From NCBI GenBank assembly GCA_030141605.1, contig JAQGDQ010001257.1:1-51596 (forward strand): a stretch of DNA of 51,596 nucleotides, written 5' to 3'. The first letter of the stretch is position 1; each line of letters starts with the position of its first letter. The position numbers and the translations under genes were made by a program. The notes beneath the pieces were generated by a model. That model worked only from the letters and a program-made list of their open reading frames with translations. It did not search any database and had not been told where the DNA came from. This DNA comes from Tubiluchus corallicola (Eukaryota > Animalia > Priapulida). Shown piece by piece: positions 38,625-49,402 of this stretch.

Positions 38625-39010
38625 AGCTTAAGAACCTAGTTAAAGTCCAGTCCTTGATTACAGACCGAACTTAAGAACCTAGTTAAAAGTCCAGTACTTG
38701 ACTACAAATTGAATTTAAGAACATAGTTAAAGTCCAGCCCTTGATTACAGATCGAACTTAAGAACCTAGTTAAAAGTCCAGTACTTGACTACAAATTGAA
38801 TTTAAGAACCTAGTTAAAGTCCAGTCCTTGATTACACATTGAACTTAAGAACCTAGTTAAAGTCCAGTCCTTGATTACAGATTGAACTTAAGAACCTAGT
38901 TAAAGTCCAGTTCTTGATTACAGATCGAACTTAAGAACCTAGTTAAAAGTCCAGTACTTGACTACAAATTGAATTTAAGAACATAGTTGAAAATCCTGCC
39001 TTGATTACCG
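38625..39010. repeat. 43/44-bp minisatellite (GAACTTAAGAACCTAGTTAAAGTCCAGTCCTTGATTACAGATC), about 9 units
   Basis: Direct reading. Confidence 0.92.
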
Positions 39011-39175
39011 ATTGTCCTTGAATTCACCGGCTGGATAGGCTGCAATGCCATAAGCAGTTATTTCAAATCGTTTTTTGAATGTTGCTACCAAGTCTGTTGG
39101 CGCATTTCATCTTTTTTACTCATAAGAAAACTCACGGCTTCCCCTTTAACTGAGAGCTACATCAGCATCTGTGAA

Positions 39176-39545
39176 TGTTGTGGAGATCACTGGCATCTAT
39201 TAGAATTAAATAGAACATTGTAGAATGTTCCGTTAGAATAATCGTCTTACCTTGTAGAATGTTCTAGAAAGAAATATCTAGAATGTTCCCTGGCACCCTA
39301 TATAAGACGAAGCAGGCCGCTGAGAGAGGCACGCAGATTTTACACGGGCGCCACTTACACATTCTCTTGTATGCTTGCATTTTCAGATACACTTAAACGT
39401 TTTCCAGATTTTCACGTTTACTGTAAACATTTCGCGCTCCTTCATACTTTTGTGTTGTAGAATTCTCGCTTAATAAACTAGTTTAATTTGACGAAGTGTT
39501 TCCTGGTTTTCTCTACGAGCCTTCCGAGAGAAACAAAACACAACA
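39176..39545 (+). mobile_element. Solo LTR (370 bp) of an LTR retrotransposon
   Basis: TGTTGTG...CACAACA inverted ends; flanks GTGAA / GTGAG (5-bp TSD, 1 mismatch); TATATAA 39299-39305; AATAAA 39472-39477. Confidence 0.85.
39212..39305 (+). promoter_or_regulatory. Heat-shock element cluster plus TATA box in LTR U3
   Basis: AGAATGTTCTAGAAA (39256-39270) is a perfect nGAAnnTTCnnGAAn; two further imperfect arrays at 39212-39231 and 39276-39289. Confidence 0.65.
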
Positions 39546-40832
39546 GTGAGAGAAAAATCTAAGTTCACTACTCAAGCTGCATTTCAATTATTTAAATACT
39601 AGATAAATTAAATACTAAAGCGCAATTCACAGTGAATCCGGTTATTACAATGCCTCATTTATACATATATTTATATTATAAATATATATTATATATAAAT
39701 ATATAATTATATATATCTATATACAGATAATTTGCATGATGCTGTACAAATTCTTCAACAAGCATTGCAGCTCAAATGTATGTTATGGAGGTAAGGTAAC
39801 CTTTTGTATATCTTTAATATTATGTAATCATCAATGCTAATCCTAAAGAATTTTAAGATACTTTCAACTTTTTTCTTCATCACTAAACATACATGTTTAT
39901 CCTCTTTTGCTACAAGCGAAAAATTAATTTTTTTCTTCCTTTGGCTCTAGGTCCTAATATAATATTAATTTTAAATGCGTAAAGTTTAAATATAGATAGT
40001 CACATGTGTCTTTTCTTTCCCATTAATGAACATTGATCATTATAAACTAACATATTGGTATAATAATTCAATTTCCATTCGTCTTAAATGGTACATGCGC
40101 ATTAATGATATTATATTAGTAACAACACCCTGAGAGGGTGGCTGACCTCGATAACTTAGAGTTCTTTCGCCACCCTTTCACCACTAATCAATAATTACTT
40201 TTGCACTTTGTAATATTATTGTATGTTGTTCAGATTTATAAATCTCTTAGTTATATATTTTGCTATTTTAAAAATTTTCATTTATTCCACGCCAGGAAAG
40301 CAATTGATTGTATATCTGTTGATTTATTTATGGACTACATCTCTATTAAAATATTTGTTGTCCACGTTAATATCCATCTGGGTATATCTCCGCCGACATT
40401 TATATACACTCATAGTTGTAGTTGGCCAATCCGAAAGAGAACAAGACCCACATTATGTTGACCATTGTCTCTGCGCTGGACATTTCGTTTGTCTATTGTT
40501 TAGCGAAAAAATATTTTTATTTGTCTGTAGATTCTACAATCACGTCTTCCTAAAATGTAACTCATCATCATCACTTGTAGTGTTTCGTGAAAGACAATAT
40601 GGGAAATCAGGCAATTTTTTCGTTGTCTTGACGTCTTTGTTAATTTAAAATTCGTGAGGTGTTACTGCTGAACATTTCTATATTTTTCTTGACCGTTCTT
40701 TCCTGGTTCTGGGACACGACACTTTCTTAACTTGGGCACAAAACGAACAATCAACTTTGCAGAAGTTTTAACACTGAAAAACTCAGACATGACCTGAGTC
40801 GTGCATGCAGTTAAAATATATGTAGGATACAC

Positions 40833-41500
40833 TGGCTTCACAACAAAAACTAATTTAAGATAGGGAGAGGACCAGTGTGTATGTAGTCACTGGACCCTGG
40901 ACCATACAATTATACTGAAGGTAAGTCAGCTAGTAGAATGCAACAGGATTAGCACTAGATGGCAGCACCTAACTACAATGTACAATAAACTTCACCTATG
41001 CAGAGTTGTACAGGCTTCACAACAACCATTAATTTAAGATAGAGAGAGGACCAGTGTGTATGTTGTCACTGGACCATACAATTATACTGAAGATAAGTCA
41101 GCTGGTAGAATGTAACAAGATTAGCACATAGATGGCAGCACCTAACTACAATGTACAATAAACTTCACCTATGCAGAGTTGTACAGGCTTCACAACAACC
41201 ATTAATTTAAGATAGAGAGAGGACCAGTGTGTATGTTGTCACTGGACCATACAATTATACTGAAGATAAGTCAGCTGGTAGAATGTAACAAGATTAGCAC
41301 ATAGATGGCAGCACCTAACTACAATGTACAATAAACTTCACCTATGCAGAGTTGTACAGGCTTCACAACAACCATTAATTTAAGATAGAGGACCACTGTG
41401 TATGTAGTCAGAGGACCATACAATTATACTGAAGGTAAGTCACCTAGTAGAATGCAACAAGATTACCACATAGATGGCAGCACCTAACTATAATGTACAA
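40833..41500. repeat. 173-bp tandem repeat, about 4 units
   Basis: CAGGCTTCAC at 41011, 41184, 41357. Confidence 0.92.
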
Positions 41501-41977
41501 ATACCAACTTCCACAAACACAATCTAATGTTAGTTTTATTATGAAAGAAGTAAAGATTAGTTATCAATTACTCTCGACTCTTGACAAACGGATCATGTAT
41601 AATCTGTATGGACTTTCGTTTTTAACGAAACTTAATAATTCTTAACGTGAACTTACAGTTGAACAAGAAGAAGTGATCTTGTGATTGTGCTATGAGCTTG
41701 ACCTTCTCAACATTTAGGAGAAAAGTCTCCCCCCACTTATAACTTCCGGAATATTCCCACCGTGCCAGGTGTGGCAAAAAGAGTGAAAAGACGAACAATG
41801 ATGATGACATCCTGTAAAAAAAACAAAAGGGAAATGGTCAAAAAAGTTAATCATTAATTAACATCAATTATAATTTATACTCACAAACTTGTGTCGTTCA
41901 TCATAACGTTTACGTCTTCGCCGGGAACACTCCTGTAGATCAAGGAAAACCTCATCATTCTCATCAACTTAATGGCA

Positions 41978-42385
41978 TTAATTAACTTTGTTCACTAGGA
42001 GAAAAAGGGGTTTGCAAAGGGGAAAATTTGCTCTCTTTATGAGTAGGTTAGCTGGCATCGTAATAGGAAGGCAAAGTGGTATGTGAAAGATCTGGGTGAG
42101 AAGAAAATGTTTTTCTTTTTTTTTGCACTAATTGCTACTCTAATTCAAGGGCACTGTTATACTATATTCTTATTCTAGAGCTAGGATTATAGTGCAAAAA
42201 AAAAGAAAAACATTTTCTTTTCTTTTTTATAGTCCTGATTGCGTAGCTGAGTAAGTTTATAATAAACTAGAACTTCTAAATACCACTTTCCCTTCATATT
42301 AAGATACCAGTTTATCTACTCATAAAGATAACCACGTTTTCCCCTTTGCAAGCCCCTTTTTCTCCTAGTGAACAAAGTCAATTAA
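41978..42385. repeat. Nested inverted repeat / large hairpin
   Basis: Outer arms about 41978-42098 and 42267-42385; inner near-perfect arms 42101-42130 and 42190-42219. Confidence 0.85.
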
Positions 42386-44294
42386 CTCCATCAACTGCTG
42401 ACAAGGTCTTCGCATTTCTAACTGTCTCACTTCCACGTTTGATTACCCTATCATATGTAAATTATTAGCTTCGAATGTAGGTGGCAGCACCTATGTGAAC
42501 TTACCTGTAATTTTACCTGTGAAGTTGGAAATTAGGTTGTGCCTCGCTAAACATGCTCACAGAAGCCTCGGCAAACGTTAAATAATGTTTGATAAATGTT
42601 CAAGTGTAGCTTCTTTACCTGATTTGCTGTAAACCAGTATGACGTTTCAAGGATCTATTAAGTTGTTATAGCCGCACGATGTGAGTAATATTTACTTTAT
42701 TATCTTAAATTATAATAATTAGATTATTATACATTTGTAATCAGTGAAAAGCAGTCAAATTTATTATTTTCATTTTTTTATGTATACAGAAATAAAGATT
42801 TCTGAGAACACCATATGCTATGAAGGAAATTCTTTGTGTTCACGTCACAGTGTACTTCAATTTTTCTGAGAAGAGTCTTTGCCTTTGTCAGCCGAGCTAT
42901 CTCCAGGTGTGCTCATATTTCACGCATGATTGACGTGCTATAAGAAAAAAAGGAAAAAAATTTGGTGTAATGTCAACCACTTGGAAATCCTTGACTTTTT
43001 GACAGTTGAGGAAGGCTAGTAGGGTCAACTCAGCTACGCAATCAGGACTATAAAAAAGTCAACTCATCTCCGACCGCCTCAACACCATGCTCTTTGAATT
43101 TGTTGTCTTGGTTGATCCAATGAGACAGCTCATTCAGTTCTTGCTGAAATTTCCGTTTCATTTCTGTCAAAAGGTAACATTTAGTTAGTTTATTATAATT
43201 AACGTATAATTTATTATCTAATTCAGGGAAACCTGATTATCTGATTATAAGGGTTCAGAAAGCAGACACTAGTTTAATGATGCAGTAGGATTGAACATCA
43301 TAGAACCGGCACCTTTCGAATCACAGTTCGTGATTCATCTGGGCAGAGGGAATTATATTTCGGTAGGCGGCATTTCGCGCACCAAAATTTCAATTGGTAA
43401 AAAACACGTGATCGCACACGCAACTTTACCATCGATACCCGACGTAAGGCTCAATGAATATGAACAATTATTTTTGAAAAAAAGACCGTATCAATTTTAT
43501 CATTGCTAAACAAGAAGAACATAGAATGTGGATTTCGCCTAGCTCAAGGGAAGGGCTAACGCTATCTCTATCTTATTCAACGCATTACAATTCCATGGGA
43601 AAGTTTTCTCATGCAAGATGATGATGATGACGATGATGATTAGAGATCATTATGGGATTTTCTGCTAGCTGGACGGCCTTGAATTATGATTATGATTTGC
43701 GAACTTATTTTAATTTCTGCAAGATGACCAAAAGAAATATGTTTTCTTTGCAAAAAACTTGGTAATGTCGAGACGCACTAACGAGATTAGACATCATTTA
43801 GCCAAAAACTCTTCTAATTGTAATTTAACTGGGGAAATTTGCTAATTTTTTCAAATAAAAGAGTGGCTCTTATCAATGTTTAGACCACACACGGTCACTG
43901 CAGCAACAGCAGGAACAGTGTCAGTCAGTCAGAGAGTCATAGAGACCATCATGTCTTCGAATACTACTGTTTCAGTTACCACAACTGTAGCGAATAATCA
44001 GGGTGCCAATGAAAATGATTTTATTGAAAACAAGGAGGTGTATAAGTGAAAATTTAAAATTGGCCGTGCGTCGACGCTTTCTCTATGATGATCACCAGGT
44101 GAGTTTAACTAAATACATCTTTCTTTCTTTTTTGTAATATATATATATATTTCAATGAATATATCATTTTCTGATCAATGTCTCCCATTTACTTGCAGAT
44201 TTATCTCGCGAGGGGCAGCTCCATTACGCGGAGTCGCGATGACGATGTGTTGACATTGCTCGGGGGCATTCTTATGGGCACTGAATTTGTTCTC

Positions 44295-44735
44295 GCTCTT
44301 CTGGAAGGGATGAGCTTAATAGATTTGGAAAAAAGTATAATGGCCTCTTTGTTTGGCGGCTTGGATGCATGCACAATAGATGTAAGATTTCTGGGGCCAT
44401 TTCATTGACAATTATTGAATACGTTCACGGTTCACGTGAACTGCGACTGTTTAGGAGCTAATGCACGAATTTTATTGCAGAAATGAGAAAAACTTTTTCA
44501 AACAACATTGGAAGTATTCAATTCGAACATAGATCACAAAATTCGATTTGCTATTAGAAAAATGGAGGAGGATTTTTTACCACGACACGGGTTGACAAAC
44601 GAAATAGTGTCCATTGACGTCGTTAGCCGTGCTAGCAGTGGCCGTGGCAGAACCAACACCTTTCGAATTGCTGTTCTCGATTCATCTGGGCAGAGGGAAT
44701 TATGTTTTTTTCTTTTTCTTTTTCTTGAGAAATAA
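44295..44735 (+). pseudogene. Degenerate reading frame resembling the N-terminal region of Maverick/Polinton pPolB (also at 47681-48120 and 50702-51135)
   Basis: One frame across two stops: ...EKLFQTTLEVFNSNIDHKIRFAIRKMEEDFLPRHGLTNEIVSIDVVSRASSGRGR; family call from remembered motif pattern only. Confidence 0.4.
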
Positions 44736-44851
44736 AATTTTTAAGCATTGATTATTTAACAGCAACAAAAGTGCATTTTAGAGTTCTGTGCACTCATTGT
44801 CTAAATGTAGATCTTTCAATAAAATTCCGCTAATGCAATTTAAGAGTGTTG

Positions 44852-44887
<36 letters not shown>

Positions 44888-45106
44888 CTCTAATAAAATA
44901 CTCACGAGCCATTATTTTCTTACAGAGTTTGAGTAAATAGAAACGAATGCGAATATACTGTAGAAGCAAATCCCTCTACAGTTCTGCAATGAATAATTAA
45001 GTCTAGTTTTCCAATGTGTCGCCCTTGTATATCGATTTAGTAGGACGATCATTTGGGTCACTAAGCACTGAAATTGGCTATTTAAACAATGCTGCTCCAT
45101 TATTTA

Positions 45107-45451
45107 GTTACTATTTGAGCTACGTACACATTCTTTCTTTAGATATTTGGCAATAGTTTCATGAAAGTTACAACAATGGAGAACGATTAGGATGATGACA
45201 GCCATATTAGTAAGTGTAATATACAGTTACCTATTTGAGCCACGTACACGTCTTTCTTTTTAGATATTTGGCAATAGTTCATGAAAGTTACAACAATGGA
45301 GAACGGTGGGATGATGACAGCCATATTAGTAAGTGTAATATACAGTTACTATTTGAGCAACGTACACGTCTTTCTTTAGATATTTGGCAATAGTTTCATG
45401 AAAGTTACAACAATGGAGAACGGTGGGATGATGACAGCCATATTAGTAAGT
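45107..45451 (+). repeat. 117-bp tandem repeat x3 (66-nt exon-like plus 51-nt intron-like)
   Basis: tttctttag|ATATTTGG...CATATTA|gtaagt in each unit. Confidence 0.85.
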
Positions 45452-46023
45452 ATTTTCCGCTAGTTTGATGTGACCTCAGATTTAAGACCACCATTACCAA
45501 AGCTTATTTTAATTTCCACATAATAATCATAATAGTTGTACTCTTGATTTATGAGCACAATTAGCAAAGCTCATTTTAATTTCCGCATAATAACCATTAA
45601 TATATTTATTTGTAAAAAAAAACACTACGTAATTGGGACGTAATAACGAGATTAGGCGAGAGCATTAGGGCGAGAAAAAAATCCCTTCTAATTGTAATTT
45701 AAGAAGAGTTGTTTCCGCGAATGAAAAAGACCATACGTGTTCGTTCGTTTGCTCAGTGGCAACACAGTGGACGCTCCGAAATTTGGGGTAAGTGTAATTT
45801 TATTCTTTAGCGTGTTTTTAGTTTTATAACGACACTTTATTGCTTTTTCAATAGCAAAGCAATAGACTTTAATTACATCATAATTCGTGTAAGTGAAATT
45901 CTTCTTTGCAATAACGTGTGCACACGCGAATTCCATGCTATAACGTTTGAATAGCGTTAATTATTTTCTTACAGAATACAGCTTTATAAGAATCAATAAA
46001 CTTAGCATATCATCATCATCATC

Positions 46024-46551
46024 ATGGACCCAAGAACGCATTTTCAGGTGCCAGGTGGCAGTGAAGATTACGCATTGTCACCTACGTGCTATGCGAGCGG
46101 GTGCAAATAAACAAGTATGAAGCTATGCAGAGACGTCACGATCGATCATTATGGCCACGAAAGAAACTTTATCTGCCACGTGTGTGGTCATACGGTCATG
46201 ACGCAATACGGTCTACGCTCTCGTCTACTACGGAGACATCCAGCGAGACGACAGCGGCGACAGCAACAACAATAACAACAACAACGACAGCAGCATCAAA
46301 ATGGTGGCCGAGATGGCGGCGATGATGATGATGAAGATGGGCCGTTTTTGTGTGAGCAATGTGGGCTGCTGTTTCACACATTAGCGGCTTTAGAGAGGCA
46401 CGCCGCACAACAGCAGTGTGGCGACCAAGATGGCGATGATGATGATGATGACGACGACAATGATGATGATGATGAAGCTGCTGGTGGGCCGTTTTTGTGC
46501 AGCCAATGCGGCATGCTGTTCAACACAACACAATTTCGGAACAATAGCTAA
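46024..46551 (+). pseudogene. Four-finger C2H2/C2HC protein with poly-Q and poly-D linkers, frameshifted and truncated in finger 4 (copy A)
   Basis: CHVC, CEQC, CSQC motifs; indels after ATG relative to copy B; TAA inside poly-Q. Confidence 0.75.
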
Positions 46552-47470
46552 TAGTACAGAACTTTTGGTTAAGAACTGTAAAACTACTGAAAACTTTTGG
46601 GGGACGAAACAAAACGCCCGAAGTAGCTGGACAGAAACTCCAACTGAGTTGACTTATACAGAGTGCAAAAATCTAAAATGGCCTAACAAGGATTTCAGTT
46701 TTCAATATCATTGGTGTGGCTCGGCAGACGATACTACATATTCATGTTATTTTAAAACTGGGTTCGTTGACATGACTCATGGGGGACTTCCCTTTAGCGA
46801 CCTAGGAAATATCGGTCATTGCTTATACACTACCGGACGATGTGCAACACCCAAAAATCTCTGGGTGGAATGGAGGGTTAATCCATCAACACTTAAAGAA
46901 TTTCTTCCAGTTGGTACTATGAATGCTTCCATTTCAAAAGGGATGATTATGATTCCTTCGCTCCAAGAAGCTTATGCCTTTGACCCTTCCGTAAACTTAT
47001 CACTTAATTTAAGAATTAATACAACTTCTGAATTTGCCTTTGACATATTAAAAATATATTCTAAGCCTAATAATCAAAAAGTATTTCCCACTGTCGATGC
47101 CTTGGCAAAACGAATTGAATCAGTTCGAAATGAAATTCTTGGTAAAATTCAATACTTGACCGAAAAAATCTCAGGACCAATAACTGAAGTAAATGAAATG
47201 TGTCGACTGTCAAAACTTTCTTCAAATCTAATTCTGTCATTAGCAACATTGAGTCCTTCTTTATACATTAGAAACATCCTTCAAAATCCCTTTCTTATTG
47301 CCCAAATATCTGGAAGTTTTGTAATCGTCCATCCCTGTCAAAAGGTTTACGATTATACACTTAATATAGAACAGAAGACCTGTTATCGGGAAATCCCGAT
47401 TACTTACAGGCTCACTGTGGGAGGAACAGACTATACAGGTTACCTTGATCCCAGAACTGACACAATCAGC
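46525..47470 (+). pseudogene. Internal ectodomain fragment of a class III (herpes gB / chuvirus G / BEL-Pao env-like) fusion glycoprotein, copy A, open frame within ORF 46418-47794
   Basis: LATLSPSLYIRNILQNPFLIAQISGSFVIVHPC...CYREIPITY...GYLDPRTDTI; SDLGNIGHCLYTTGRC..W; long predicted helix; no signal peptide or TM. Confidence 0.8.
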
Positions 47471-48233
47471 AAGTTCTTAGACTTTCTAATTCAGAAATGT
47501 AAGTCATCACTAATATTTCATTTCACACAATTTTGCTTCTTGCAAATATTTGTTTCGGCATCAATTCCTGTAATGTCCCAATTGCCCCCGGCAGATCATT
47601 CTATCGATATATATAAAGGGCAAGGACTACTATACACAGGACAAATAGCGGACTACAGGCCCATCTACATGGCCACGGGTGCTCTTCTGGAATGGATGAG
47701 CTCAATGGATTTGGAAAAAAGTATAATGGCCTCTTTGTTTGGCGGCTTGGATGCATACACAATAGATGAAAGATTTCTGGGGCCATATCATTGACAATTA
47801 TTGAATACGTTCATGGTTCACGTGAATTGCGACTGCTTGGGTACTAATGCACGAATTTTATTGCAGAAATGAGAAAAACTTTTTCAAACAACATTGGAAG
47901 TATTCAATTCGAACATAGATCACAAAATTCGATTTGCTATTAGAAAAATGGAGGAGGATTTTTTACCACGACACGGGTTGACAAACTAAATAGTGTCCAT
48001 TGACGTCGTTAGCCGTGCTAGCAGTGGCGGTGGCAGAACCAGCACCTTTCGAATTGCTGTTCTCGATTCATCTGGGCAGTGGGAATTATGTTTTTTTCTT
48101 TTTCTTTTTCTTGAGAAATAAAATTTTTAAGCATTGATTATTTAACAGCAACAAAAGTGCATTTTAGACTTCTGCGCACTCGTCTAAATGTAGATCTTTC
48201 AATAAAATTCCGCTAATGCAATTTAAGAGTGAT

Positions 48234-48269
<36 letters not shown>

Positions 48270-48488
48270 CTCTAATAAAATACTCACGAGCCATTATTTT
48301 CTTACAGAGTTTGAGTAAATAGAAACGAATGCGAATATACTGTAGAAGCAAATCCCTCTACAGTTCTGCAATGAATAATTAAGTCTAGTTTTCCAATGTG
48401 TCGCCCTTGTATATCGATTTAGTAGGACGATCATTTGGGTCACTAAGCACTGAAATTGGCTATTTAAACAATGCTGCTCCATTATTTA

Positions 48489-48829
48489 GTTACTATTTGA
48501 GCTACGTACACATCTTTCTTTAGATATTTGGCAATAGTTTCATGAAAGTTACAACAATGGAGAACGGTGGGATGATGACAGCCATATTAGTAAGTGTAAT
48601 ATACAGTTACTATTTGAGCCACGTACACGTCTTTCTTTAGATATTTGGCAATAGTTTCATGAAAGTTACAACAATGGAGAACGGTGGGATGATGACAGCC
48701 ATATTAGTAAGTGTAATATACAGTTACTATTTGAGCCACGTACACGTCTTTCTTTAGATATTTGGCAATAGTTTCATGAAAGTTACAACAATGGAGAACG
48801 GTGGGATGATGACAGCCATATTAGTAAGT
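48489..48829 (+). repeat. 117-bp tandem repeat x3, second cassette
   Basis: Units at 48489, 48606, 48723. Confidence 0.88.
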
Positions 48830-49402
48830 ATTTTCCGCTAGTTTGATGTGACCTCAGATTTAAGACCACCATTACCAAAGCTTATTTTAATTTCCACATA
48901 ATAATCATAATAGTTGTACTCTTGATTTATGAGCACAATTACCAAAGCTCGTTTTAATTTCCGCATAATAACCATTAATATATTTATTTGTAAAAAAAAA
49001 CACTACGTAATTGGGACGTAATAACGAGATTAGGTGAGAGCATTAGGGCGAGAAAAAAATCCCTTCTAATTGTAATTTAAGAAGAGCTGTTTCCGCGAAT
49101 GAAAAAGACCATACGTGTTCGTTCGTTTGCTCAGTGGCACCACAGTGGACGCTCCGAAATTTGGGGTAAGTGTAATTTTATTCTTTAGCGTGTTTTTAGT
49201 TTTATAATGACACTTTATTGTTTTTTCAATAGCAAAGCAATAGACTTTAATTACATCATAATTCGTGTAAGTGAAATTCTTCTTTGCAATAACGTGTGCA
49301 CACGCGAATTCCATGCTATAACGTTTGAATAGCGTTAATTATTTTCTTACAGAATACAGCTTTATAAGAATCAACAAACACCGCTATATCGTCTTAATCA
49401 TC

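Noticed and set aside
39560-40780. Possible decayed coding sequence on the minus strand
   Set aside because: Many stops in all frames and no identifiable family
46418-46525. MATKMAMMMM... N-terminus of the 458-aa ORF as a signal peptide of the glycoprotein
   Set aside because: It is an alternative frame of the poly-Asp/zinc-finger sequence with a GTG start
47499-47545. 47-nt intron just after the gB-like block
   Set aside because: Good GTAAGT donor, but the acceptor reads CAA in both copies; at most a dead intron
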